NCBI GenBank assembly: GCA_963793425.1
Contig: CAWCAG010000009.1
Span: 1-64,000, forward strand
Direction of reading: 5' to 3'
DNA length: 64,000 bases
Origin: an uncultured cyanobacterium
GTDB taxonomy: Bacteria; Cyanobacteriota; Cyanobacteriia; Cyanobacteriales; CAWCAG01
Part shown: positions 10,634 to 20,266 of the stretch, piece after piece
Layout: each line of letters begins with the position of its first letter
Position numbering within the stretch: position 1 is the stretch's first letter
Translations under genes and position numbers: made by a program
Notes under the pieces: model-generated
Database searches by the model: none
Told to the model about the DNA's origin: nothing
The model's input: the letters and a program-made list of their open reading frames with translations, nothing else

Positions 10634-11134
10634 TTAATTATTTTCCCTCCAAATGTCGCGTAATTCTTTCAAAACTATCCACTGATTATCTTTTTTTACC
10701 TCAACATAATCCCAACCATTACATTGACTATTATTAATTTCGTTTGCTAAGGGGCTAGGTTTGTCAAATTCTTCTCCTTGATAAACGATGATTCCTCCAG
10801 GAGAAACCATCATACTATTGACATATTCGACTCCTTTGATTTCGGCATTCTTCCTCGTTAGTTTTACTCGAACAGGCATTCCTTGTTTAGTAAGCCCTGC
10901 ATCAAATAACTGGGTTAACCTGACATGACAATTGCTTTTTTCTTGTCTAGGAAACTGATTGTCAAGGTCTATAGACAACTGCGTTGGTGCTTTTTTCAGA
11001 TTTACTCCTCCAGGTTGCAAGCGTTTGGGAAGCCAGTTTAAAAATCCAGTACGCATGGGTTCTGGCATTTGGGCTATATCGTTATCAGTAAGATGAATAT
11101 TCATTTGTATGAAGTTTATAGCTTTGACCTCCAT
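10634..11134 (-). CDS. Protein with C-terminal RAMA/DUF4357-like domain (start may be 11104)
   Basis: LTQLFDAGL...GIIVYQGEEFDKPSPLA...CNGWDYV...LKELR matches the RAMA domain pattern. Confidence 0.7.
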   Translation of the reverse strand: MEVKAINFIQMNIHLTDNDIAQMPEPMRTGFLNWLPKRLQPGGVNLKKAPTQLSIDLDNQFPRQEKSNCHVRLTQLFDAGLTKQGMPVRVKLTRKNAEIKGVEYVNSMMVSPGGIIVYQGEEFDKPSPLANEINNSQCNGWDYVEVKKDNQWIVLKELRDIWRENN

Positions 11135-11286
11135 ATTATACCCTTTTTATTTAGACAACCTTGAGATGAAAAAATAGTGAAGATATTAAAAGGAAATAGA
11201 TTATATTCGGTATTTACAATACATAACCACTTTAAAACTGGATGAAGGGTTCTATCTCTTACTTGCCAGTGCTGTCTAACCCTAAT

Positions 11287-11316
11287 TTGACAAGGGAAAG
11301 ACATCTGTGTTAGTCT
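11287..11316 (+). promoter_or_regulatory. Sigma70-type promoter driving the mini-array
   Basis: TTGACA (11287-92), 18 nt, TAGTCT (11311-16) with extended TGn; predicted start about 11323, at degenerate repeat 1. Confidence 0.7.
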
Positions 11317-11320
11317 CATC

Positions 11321-11442
11321 ATGCTAAATATTTGTAATGCCTATTAGGTATTGAAAAATGTCCTTGTATATAGCAAATGTGATAAGAACTACTATTTCTG
11401 AACTTTTCACAAGACTTCAAAATCCCTATGAGGGATTGCAAC
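11321..11442 (+). ncRNA. Degenerate two-repeat mini-CRISPR (crRNA-like RNA) with one 48-nt spacer matching the cas3' start
   Basis: R1 11321-11357 ends TAATGCCTATTAGGTATTGAAAA (20/23 to the array repeat 3' end). R2 11406-11442 ends AATCCCTATGAGGGATTGCAAC (20/22). Spacer 11358-11405. Confidence 0.85.
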
Positions 11443-11443
11443 T

Positions 11444-13585
11444 TTAACAAACCCATATTTCCTCCCCCCTACTTTTCAAACGATAAGCCAGAATATCTAC
11501 TAACAAAGCTGACTGCCCGAAACAGATAGAATAGGGTGCTGTAGAATCATGAAGACTCGTATCATCGCAAATAGGATGAATCTGAAAGTGCATCGGTAAC
11601 TGTAAACGCATCCTCACCTCTGCAACCGGGCGAGGTAACAGATAACAAACCAAACCTTCCAACTTCAAGCGTTGATTAAGCTTGCTAATCCAGTAATTAT
11701 CTGGCTGCCAAACTTGCAAACCTAATAAAACCTGTACCTTCCAAGCATCAACAAGGGGTTTTAAATCCCCAGGATAAGTAAACTTCCAATTCAACCTCTC
11801 CTCACGATATTCGTGTAACTTGAGAAAAGCCAGACAGTAACTAAACCTCCCTTTAGCTATGGGTTCGTCCAAATCCTTAACAGTCTCTCCCAACTGACGC
11901 AGATATGCAGCCTTTGTCATGGGTTCAACTACCAAGTTACTCAAAATCCCCGGTAAACTGTATGTTTTAAAACGATCTGCTTCATTGTTTTCTGTTAAAT
12001 CATAAATTCCACATTGCAAAGGACTCGAACCGCGAAAACTAGCTGCATCCTCTAAAATAGGATTGCCTTTCTTTTTACCAGAAAGTTGCAACCATTCCTT
12101 TTCCCAAGCTTTACTGCGGCCAAAAACTCGCTTTAAATTAGCATTAAATATCTTCTCACAAGCTGCCTTAAAAGCCTGCTGACTTCCAGCATATTGTTGC
12201 CTAATTGTGGGCGCACCTAATTGCCGACACAATACCATTGATTGCACAGCACCCCAACGGGAATAGTAATGGTGAAAATCATTAATTTTGCGATAATTCT
12301 CTTTAATTTGATTATGAAAAAAGATGCGATCGCATACTCCCCCACTTTCTAAAGGTGGCGAATCCACTAAAAATAACCTCCCTACTAAAAAGTTGGGTAC
12401 TAAAGCATAGGCAGTAAACTCCTTAAACTCAATATCTCCATAACCACCATGTCTCCCCAAACGCCCTAAACGCTGAATAAAATTCCCTGCATCTGCTGCT
12501 TCAAAAATGAGGAAGTTAATTTTAAAATCAACACCAACATCAATAGTACTCGTACCAATCACTAAATCTGCACTTAGCGATCGCAACTTCTCCTTCTTCC
12601 CAGATAAGCCTGTATTCTCCCCCACAGTTAAGTTATAAGGTTGCAACAGTTTTCGTAACCAAGGGGTTAAACGTTTCACAGCAGCAATGGAGTTGAGAAT
12701 AACTGCCCCTTTGCTACCGGGGGAAGTAAGGAAACGATTAACAATCAACTCACCATTCTCTTTAATCCAAACCTCCGAAGCCTTAGACTTAGATTCTAGG
12801 GAAATAAATTTTAAGTTAATTTCCCTTGTCACCAACCGCCATCCTGGTGTTGCTGCAAAGCGATATTTATCCTCTGCAACTGGATCAATTTCTCGACAAC
12901 GAAATCCTGCATCCTGCAAACGCCCCACAAATTCTGGGCTAGGAGTAGCTGAAAGGAAAAGAAATTTCTTCTGGCGATTAGTGTAGCGAATCAACAACAT
13001 TGTATTGATCACACTAGCAACCTGGGGGGCAGCAAAAACATGGAACTCATCAAAGATAAACAAATCAAAACGCTTGTCAATCTTATTCCACAGCCTATCT
13101 GGACTATCCCCAAACATGAGATACTTACTACGATGCAGGTAATGGAAAATGTCAGGATTAGCTAGTAAAATTTCTGAATTGCTGGTGCGAGATTCTAAAG
13201 CCGCCCTCTTTCTCAATCCCTCCTTGTCAGCATAGATTTCTAAATCTTCCCCACTAAGGCGGTTAACACGAGGATTATGTTTCGGTTGAAACTTCTTGAT
13301 GTAATCATAAACTTGCTTTTCTTGATCCCTTGCTAACTCGTTTGTAGGATATAAAGCGATTCCATAAGATTCTCCTTGCAAAGTGTCCAGGTAAGCCGCT
13401 AAACTTTTCCCATCCCCTGTCATAGCTGTGTTGAAAACTACATCAATTTCGGGGTCACGAATTGCTTTTAAAGTTTCCAGTTGATGCCAAGAAAGCGTCC
13501 AACCTTTAGGTAACTTAATCCCTTCTGGTAACTCCGTTGCTGGGGCAGAATAAACTGGTTTTAAAGTAACTGTATACTCGGACAT
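11444..13585 (-). CDS. cas3: Type I-D Cas3' helicase (no HD domain)
   Basis: AMTGDGKS, DEFH, LSATP, IDVGVD and QRLGRLGRH SF2 motifs. Confidence 0.96.
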   Translation of the reverse strand: MSEYTVTLKPVYSAPATELPEGIKLPKGWTLSWHQLETLKAIRDPEIDVVFNTAMTGDGKSLAAYLDTLQGESYGIALYPTNELARDQEKQVYDYIKKFQPKHNPRVNRLSGEDLEIYADKEGLRKRAALESRTSNSEILLANPDIFHYLHRSKYLMFGDSPDRLWNKIDKRFDLFIFDEFHVFAAPQVASVINTMLLIRYTNRQKKFLFLSATPSPEFVGRLQDAGFRCREIDPVAEDKYRFAATPGWRLVTREINLKFISLESKSKASEVWIKENGELIVNRFLTSPGSKGAVILNSIAAVKRLTPWLRKLLQPYNLTVGENTGLSGKKEKLRSLSADLVIGTSTIDVGVDFKINFLIFEAADAGNFIQRLGRLGRHGGYGDIEFKEFTAYALVPNFLVGRLFLVDSPPLESGGVCDRIFFHNQIKENYRKINDFHHYYSRWGAVQSMVLCRQLGAPTIRQQYAGSQQAFKAACEKIFNANLKRVFGRSKAWEKEWLQLSGKKKGNPILEDAASFRGSSPLQCGIYDLTENNEADRFKTYSLPGILSNLVVEPMTKAAYLRQLGETVKDLDEPIAKGRFSYCLAFLKLHEYREERLNWKFTYPGDLKPLVDAWKVQVLLGLQVWQPDNYWISKLNQRLKLEGLVCYLLPRPVAEVRMRLQLPMHFQIHPICDDTSLHDSTAPYSICFGQSALLVDILAYRLKSRGEEIWVC

Positions 13586-13683
13586 AACTTGATACTTAAT
13601 TTTGTGTCCGTAACTTGTTGATATTTCCTATCATGCCACCGACAATAAAGATAATCAAGAAGTTTCCGTATAAAGTGTCCGTA
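13579..13683. promoter_or_regulatory. Divergent cas3'/WYL promoter region with repeated GT(G/T)TCCGTA motif (putative operator)
   Basis: GTGTCCGTA 13604-12, GTTTCCGTA 13662-70, GTGTCCGTA 13675-83, plus inverted CGGACATAA 13579-87. Confidence 0.55.
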
Positions 13684-13688
13684 CAAAT

Positions 13689-14567
13689 ATGAGCCGTAAA
13701 GGTCAATCTATAACTCTATCAATATCGGAACATGACAAAGCCGAACTAGAAAGCTTAGCCTTAGAATTTGACATGAAGTGGGGTGAACGTCCCAACATCT
13801 CTAAATTAGTAGAAGCGATCGCCCGTCGCAAACTCCAAATTGCCCCTAATCACAACTGGGCAGCTAACCGTATCAACGCCTTAGAGAGAGCAAGAAATGC
13901 TTTAATAGATGCAGGCATGATTGAAGAGGCGATCACGATTGCTCACTTGCTCCTTGAACGCAGCGAAATTACCATACCCTTAAGAGATAGAATTCAACAA
14001 TTTCTGGGTAATCCTCCTCCACCGTGGCGACTAGAATTAGATAAATACATCAAGCGTCAACAACCCTTCCAGCTTTTTTATCAAGATGCCACAGGCCGTC
14101 CCTGGAATTTTACAGTACGCTACGCGCAAATAGTTACCCATGAAGAAAGGCAATATTTAGACTGTTGGTGTGAAGAAACAGAAGGAAACTTAGATATAGA
14201 GCAACTCCAACACAACTGGAGTCTACGCATAGATCGTATTCCAGAAGCTGCCATTATGCCAATTAAGGGTCAATGGCAAGGAAAATTAGACAAGGTGCAA
14301 GTAGAAATACATTTTTTTGAACGGTTAGCCTTTGCTTATAAAGTTAAGGCAGAGGATGAGTTAAGTGAATGGCTGCCAGAACAACCGAGAGTAAAACGTG
14401 TATTGCGCTCAATTTCTAGTACCTATTGGTTCATCCGAGAAATATTCAAAAATTCTCCTGATGCAGCAATTATCTCTCCCCAATCAGTACGCGATCGCTT
14501 TATCAAACAGTTAACTTCTCTAAATAAAAAATACGGCTTGGAAAGTAAAGCAAAAGGTGATCAGTAG
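13689..14567 (+). CDS. WYL-domain transcriptional regulator (Sll7009-like) of the I-D locus
   Basis: N-terminal RHH-like SITLSIS...NISKLVEAIA; QYLDCWC and LRIDRI; divergent from cas3'. Confidence 0.92.
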   Translation: MSRKGQSITLSISEHDKAELESLALEFDMKWGERPNISKLVEAIARRKLQIAPNHNWAANRINALERARNALIDAGMIEEAITIAHLLLERSEITIPLRDRIQQFLGNPPPPWRLELDKYIKRQQPFQLFYQDATGRPWNFTVRYAQIVTHEERQYLDCWCEETEGNLDIEQLQHNWSLRIDRIPEAAIMPIKGQWQGKLDKVQVEIHFFERLAFAYKVKAEDELSEWLPEQPRVKRVLRSISSTYWFIREIFKNSPDAAIISPQSVRDRFIKQLTSLNKKYGLESKAKGDQ

Positions 14568-14770
14568 CAGAAACGATAATTTATGCCCCTGATAGTCAAC
14601 TGCGTTACATTCCCTGGCCACACTCTTTGAGTCTTGTTGGAACCGCAGCCCATTTTTGTTGTTGGTAGTAATTAATCACAATTTCTTTTTGCACAGGAAA
14701 AGTTTCTCAAACCCTTTTGAGAAAATAACTACAGCTAGCTGGCACTATCTCCGCCAGGAAGGGGCTTTCG

Positions 14771-14977
14771 TTGCAAGCAGCTATACCACCACAAAGGGCG
14801 ATCGCTACTATTTTCACCGTTAGACTGTTTGGTCGGGAGGATATCTTAGACCAATGGCCCGCCGTGGAAACGGAACTAATCAAGCAAATGGAGGGGGCTA
14901 TAGCTGCTCAACAAAGCATTATTTATGATGCTACTAATTTTAAGCGATCGCTACGGCTAGAATTACTACTATTTTAA
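14771..14977 (+). pseudogene. Fragment of an AAA_33/kinase-like protein
   Basis: LFGREDI..QWPAVE...IIYDATN..R; P-loop N-terminus absent. Confidence 0.55.
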
Positions 14978-15390
14978 TTGCTTCATCTGCTAGTGTTTTT
15001 GATACCGATAAGCAAAAGAGTCTAGAAGCTGGGTTTAACGATTTTCTCCCTAAACCAGTAAGCCAAGATGAGTTACTAGAGAAATTAGAGAAACATTTAC
15101 CAATCGAATGGATTTATCAACAGCAAAACGAAACACAGCAAATTAGCGATCGCCTAGAAGCAGAAACAATGGCAGCTAACAACTCACTAGTGTTTCCTCC
15201 CCCAGAAAAAATATCTCAACTCTATGATTTAGCTAAGGGAGGTCTTATTAGTGATATTTTGGAGGAAGCAGAAAAGATAGCAACATCAGATGCGAAGTAT
15301 ACACTTTTTGTTGCAAAGTTAACTCAATTAGGGCAAGGTTTTAAGATCAAACAACTACAAGAATTCCTTAAGCAGGCTGTTGGTAATTGA
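14977..15390 (+). pseudogene. C-terminal remnant of a hybrid histidine kinase/response regulator receiver
   Basis: In-frame IASSASVFDTDKQKSLEAGFNDFLPKPV upstream of ORF 15169..15390; no start codon or N-terminal part. Confidence 0.7.
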
Positions 15391-15402
15391 TAATTGATAA
15401 TC

Positions 15403-15535
15403 AAGCTGATGTGCATTTAAACTGTGTATTACTAAACTAGGAAATAAGCCTTAAAACCCTCCCCCTATCCCCCTATCTCCCTATCCCCCTATCTCCCCAT
15501 CAAACCTAATAAGTAAATTAAATGCCTGACAGCTT
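15403..15535. mobile_element. MITE-like element with terminal inverted repeats and internal CCCCCTAT repeats
   Basis: AAGCTGATGTGCATTTAA ... TTAAATGCCTGACAGCTT. Confidence 0.55.
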
Positions 15536-15699
15536 ACTAGTGGCTGAACAGATTTTAGATAATTTTTCCCAATTTTTCTGTTTTGTTTAAGAGAACTTCA
15601 ATAAATAAAATATCCTCACCAAGTATAAGATTTGAGCAACTAGCAACTAGCCATTAGCTTATCGCTTTTGGATAAGTCTTTTCTTAGTTCTCTGTTAGA

Positions 15700-16149
15700 T
15701 TATTTATCATTTAACGAATCTATACCTTGCTCTTTAAGTTTTTCAAGCTGGTCTTTCATTGCTTTAACTTGTTCGGCTGGGTGTCCTTGCCAAATCGTAA
15801 CTTCTCCTACAATTTTAAATGGTTGTGTCGAACGATAAGATTTAGTAGGATTACCTGGAAATTTTTTATCTGTCAAGTCTGGATCGTCTTCAAGTTCTCC
15901 TGTTGCTTCTACTAAATAAATTCTTTCCCGTCCTTCTCCAAGTGCAAGTTCAGCTCCCCAAATAGCAGCATCCAATGTTGCTGTCAAGAAGATGTATTTT
16001 GCATTTTTCTTTCGTCCAAAATTTGAATTGAAACCAACTTTAATTAAGTCGCCAACTTTCAAGTCAGCCTTCGTTCCGTGAAAATAGGCTTGAACGAAAG
16101 GTGTTGCACCTTGTCCGTTTGATTTCTTATCCTTTTTGTTTTGTTCCAT
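15700..16149 (-). CDS. arr: NAD(+)-rifampin ADP-ribosyltransferase
   Basis: FHGTKADL..GDLI, AAIWGAELA, IYLVEATGELEDDPDLTDKKFPGNPTKSYRS. Confidence 0.93.
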   Translation of the reverse strand: MEQNKKDKKSNGQGATPFVQAYFHGTKADLKVGDLIKVGFNSNFGRKKNAKYIFLTATLDAAIWGAELALGEGRERIYLVEATGELEDDPDLTDKKFPGNPTKSYRSTQPFKIVGEVTIWQGHPAEQVKAMKDQLEKLKEQGIDSLNDK

Positions 16150-16304
16150 TGGTCAAAAGTTAAAGTAGTCTGTTATTTTTTGATATGGCATTATATTTCT
16201 CTATCCCACTGCATATTTACTATCTGGGTTAAATACAAAATCAATAATTTGTCTTGATAGTTACTCTTCTAGTTTTATTCTTCGTGTTTCTTGCCAACTA
16301 AACT

Positions 16305-17330
16305 TCAAAAAACCAATGTCCACCCTTCCTGACGAGCCTGTTCACGGGTATAGGAAACACCATCAACTTTGATGCCATCGTTGTTGAGCAACGTGATAAT
16401 CCCGCCTCGATTGCTCAATTGGACAGTTTGGGGTAAAACAACCTGCAAAGTGTCTCCTGGGGGGAGGGTGTTGCTAAGAGTAAATTTGTTCTTGTACCTA
16501 TCTGCAAGACTCCAGCCCTCTAAATTGAGGGTTTGTGAGGTAGTATTAATTAGAGTAACTGTCTCTGCTTCTGGGGAAGGGCCAATTGGATTAACTAAAG
16601 CAGCAATGATGCGGACGCTTCTCTCTAGTTCCAAAGGTTCTAAGGGTTCTGAGGGTTCTAAGGGTTCTGGTGGACGGGTAGCCAAGCAATGACCAGCCTG
16701 GTCATCTGTATGCCAACATTGGGATTGAAACTTAAGAAAAATGGCTATCCACTCATTTTCTTGGGGAAAGTGTATCAACAATGCCCCATCTTGATAAACC
16801 CCATCATCTTTGCGGAAACGTTCGGAGTTGCCCTGATTCATGTGGATATCATGAATGCCATTACCTGGTATGAAGCCAAAAATCTTGTCTTTTTTAGACT
16901 CCGGCCCCCACCTTTCTCCAAAAGCATAAATAATCGCCTCTTCATCAGACATTGCCCGTCGTATATGCCTGTCAATTTTCTCGTTCAAGTCATTGTCTGG
17001 CCCTACAACATCAAAGGGGAGGGGTATCATTATCTCAGGATTCGGAATTAAGTTACTGCGAATAAAGTCCAGGGCCAATCCCCCCGGCTTAGTTTCCAAT
17101 TCATGAAAACCGGCACTCAATTCAGAAAGTTCTTCAATAATTGGATACTGAAAATTTTCATCAATCCAATACTCCAGTTCCGAGGGAAAGAGTTTAGATT
17201 GGACATTAACAGCAATTCGATAGTCAGTGTCTTGGTCAACAACATGAATCTGATAGTGGGCATTGCTAGTCACAGCTAATCTTCTGTCAACTACCCACCC
17301 TTTTAAGACACCGTAATTTTTTAAAGGCAT
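16305..17330 (-). CDS. DUF2278/YukJ-family protein with C-terminal lamin-tail domain
   Basis: MPLKNYGVLKG, GIHDIHMNQGN, DGVYQDG, then IIAALVNP...ETVTLIN...LSNRGGIITL. Confidence 0.85.
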   Translation of the reverse strand: MPLKNYGVLKGWVVDRRLAVTSNAHYQIHVVDQDTDYRIAVNVQSKLFPSELEYWIDENFQYPIIEELSELSAGFHELETKPGGLALDFIRSNLIPNPEIMIPLPFDVVGPDNDLNEKIDRHIRRAMSDEEAIIYAFGERWGPESKKDKIFGFIPGNGIHDIHMNQGNSERFRKDDGVYQDGALLIHFPQENEWIAIFLKFQSQCWHTDDQAGHCLATRPPEPLEPSEPLEPLELERSVRIIAALVNPIGPSPEAETVTLINTTSQTLNLEGWSLADRYKNKFTLSNTLPPGDTLQVVLPQTVQLSNRGGIITLLNNDGIKVDGVSYTREQARQEGWTLVF

Positions 17331-17512
17331 TTTGGCGATCGCTCCACATCTGCAAACAATGTTTAAGCTCAATATTAGGAAGCACTTTCTGACAAGTTTG
17401 TCGGTGAAAGGTTAGTTAATTTGCGTATCTAATGTCAAGACCTCTGTATGAAGATTTAATTATTTCGTACTTCCTACCATCTAGTATAAAGCTGAGGTTA
17501 CTAGAATTAAGA

Positions 17513-18244
17513 TTAAGAATAGTTGATTTTTTTTGAGGAAAATAGCAGAATTTCCCTTAAGGTTAATAGCTGCACCATTTTGCCATGATACCATCGGGCA
17601 TCTCGGAGTCCATCTAAGCCGACTTTTTTGTCCCAAAATTGAATATAGGGGTTTTTGTTGGCTGTAGTTGAGAATGAGGCATGGGTTGCAAGGTGAATAA
17701 TGCCAAAGCCCTTTTCACTACGTTGGTTGCGAAGGTTGCTTAAGGTGAAGTATTCATTGAGGAAAGATTCTCCGGGCCACATTTTGCCAGCAATGCTATT
17801 TAACTCTGTGGGGACAGCAGGTAAATCATCTAAATTGTGGTGGGCAAAGCTGTCGGCTCCCATAGCCAAAACCTCTGATTTATCTAGGGTTTCTAGTTCA
17901 GATTCCAGGGGACTAATCAACCAATGGTAAAGCTTTTGGGCTTGGGGTAAATAGGTGCTAGGATTGCTGATAGGTTTTGCTAAAGAGTTGCGGAATTTCT
18001 CTAATTCTATTTTTAGGGTTTGTTGATTTGCTTCTTTGACTACTGTGGTTAGGGGAGGCCCTTGGGGGCGTACTAAGGTGAGGTGCAAACCTTGTTTCGA
18101 GACAACTCCATAGACAATAACTGCTTTGTTGCCTTTAGAAGATTTGGCCCTCCTGTTGCCAAATGGGAGTAGGGATGTTTCCTTTACCTTGATAATCTCC
18201 ACCAACAAAGACATTGCCACCACCGTTACTACCAGAAGCATCAA
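17513..18244 (-). pseudogene. Truncated, internally deleted CHAT-domain fragment
   Basis: YLPQAQKLYHWLISP, LPAVPTEL, IIHLATHA; ends before the catalytic LSAC motif. Confidence 0.75.
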
Positions 18245-18833
18245 CGTTAGTGTTAATTAAAGCAAGGCGATTCCCAAAAATTCCTACATCACCACCACCC
18301 CCCCCAGAATGAGAAACATTAATAGTACCCGTTGCGATCGCTTCTCCTCCCTGAGTACTTATATCGATACCAGAATCAGTTAATTGCACATCTCCATTAC
18401 TATTAAAATTTAACCCCGTTTGCACCTTATTGATGACAGACTCTTCCAACAGTAACAAAGCTTCACTTTGCAAACCATATTCTAAATAAACATTAGCGAT
18501 CGCGATGCCCTTACCCACATCATCCAATAATGCTTGCTGAATTTCGGCTTCTGCTGCACGAAGTTGCTGCACCGCTGCTTCATCAAGAAGTTTAATTAAA
18601 GGCGAGATGTAAAACGCCCCCGTATCTGCTGTTACAGTAATCAAATACTCCTTAGCAGATTGTAGGGATTGTTTTCCTGCATAAACTACTTGAGTCTGAC
18701 TAACTTCAGTTTGCCAAACAACCTGCCCACCCTCCTCCACCGTAACTGTATAACTATTCGCCCTCGGCACTTCTTGCCAGCGTAAAGCCGTCTGATTCCA
18801 GGGTGATCTTTTGAGAAATAAGTACTTTCTCAT
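18135..18833 (-). pseudogene. Chimeric fragment with filamentous-haemagglutinin-like C-terminal part
   Basis: VDASGSNGGGNVFVGGDYQGKG typical of FHA-CHAT proteins, fused to an unrelated N-terminal segment. Confidence 0.6.
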
Positions 18834-19069
18834 TATTATACAGGATCAAAAGCTTCTATCTCTCCACTCTCAAAGTCAAAGCTAAATTGATCAGGGCTTC
18901 CTGCACCTTGCTTAAACTTAAAACCCTGGTAGTCAATCAAATCTTCCAGATCACCAGGAGAATTAGCAAGGTTGCTTTCCGGAATCTCAAAACCATAGTC
19001 ACGATTCTGATTAATTATCCCACCAGAATCATCTTTTTGATCAGTTAGTTGTCAGTTAAATGATCACAA

Positions 19070-20008
19070 TCATAAATCTTGGATTTTTGCTAACAACTCC
19101 CTGGCTTTATTCGCCCATTGCTGGTTATTTTGATTAGTGTATAGATCCCTAGCATACTCAATAACTTGTCTAGCTTCGTCATAACGTCCCTGACGAATAA
19201 AAATCAGCCCCGCAGCATAATAAGCGCCAGCATAACTAGGATTATTCTCTGTCACCTTACGGAAAGAATTAAGAGCCGCTTCTAAATTCTCTTCAGCAAA
19301 ATAAATACCCCCTAAATTGTAGTGAGCATCAGCATAATTAGGATTGATTTGAATCGCTTTTTGCAAAGCATCCTTAGCTGCTTTAGTTTGCTTTTGCTGC
19401 AAATAAATTTGTCCTAAATAATAATATGGTTCTGGGGCATTATGGCTATACTGAGCAGCATTACGAAAAGAAGTAACTGCTGGCTCTATCTCTCCTAACT
19501 GGACTAACACTAAACCTAAATTATAATGAGCTAGTCCCATTTCTGGGTCTTGTTGCAAAGCTATAGTTAAATACTCCTTCGCTTGGGGAAAATTTTTTCC
19601 TTCTAATAACGCTGCCCCCAAATTAGCAAACGCTAAGGTAAAATCAGGATCAACTTTAATCGCTTCATAAAAAGCATTAGCTGCTGTTCGTAACTGACCT
19701 TTTTGTCGTAAAGCTAAACCTAAATTATAATGTGCTGCTGCTAACTTAGGATTCAAGCGGGTAGCTTCTTGAAAAGCGGCGATCGCACTATCCAATTGTC
19801 CTTGTTTAATTAAACTTAAACCCTCATTCAGCTTCTCCGCTGCGGCGGGGGTTGTGGGAGTTAACACTGGGGGTAAAGGATTTTGGGCGAGAACTCCCTG
19901 AGTTAGGTTTCCCCCTACAGAGAAGCAGAAAATCACCACAACAATCAAACCGAAAAACCGGCGGGGATTGTTGCAACAAATTCGGAAGAAAACGTTGCTT
20001 ATATTCAT
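19070..20008 (-). CDS. TPR-repeat protein with signal peptide/TM segment
   Basis: Repeated AHYNLG motifs. Confidence 0.9.
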   Translation of the reverse strand: MNISNVFFRICCNNPRRFFGLIVVVIFCFSVGGNLTQGVLAQNPLPPVLTPTTPAAAEKLNEGLSLIKQGQLDSAIAAFQEATRLNPKLAAAHYNLGLALRQKGQLRTAANAFYEAIKVDPDFTLAFANLGAALLEGKNFPQAKEYLTIALQQDPEMGLAHYNLGLVLVQLGEIEPAVTSFRNAAQYSHNAPEPYYYLGQIYLQQKQTKAAKDALQKAIQINPNYADAHYNLGGIYFAEENLEAALNSFRKVTENNPSYAGAYYAAGLIFIRQGRYDEARQVIEYARDLYTNQNNQQWANKARELLAKIQDL

Positions 20009-20266
20009 TTAAATTAGCACTTATTTATGTTTAGTAAGCTTACTTAATTATTTAGGGTAGTTTGCCTTACAAGAGATTGCAATTTTGTTCTTGGTGGCAT
20101 TGTTACAGGTTAACCTCACTGAATATAGGGATGCAGAAGAAGCAACTCATATTTTATCTCATCGCAACTTTTGTTCCTTATTTAGCCATCAATACACCAT
20201 AATCATTTATTTTTAGGAGAACATGGCCATACTCATCATTTTTGAGGAAAGCCGTGGAGGTTTAAA

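Noticed and set aside
11099..11114. Second target for the mini-array spacer near the RAMA-like gene start
   Set aside because: Only 10/16 matches, a broken seed and no GTN PAM
11116..11322. 68-aa minus-strand ORF as a possible CreT-like toxin
   Set aside because: No recognisable motif or RBS, and it overlaps the mini-array promoter; unsupported though not excluded
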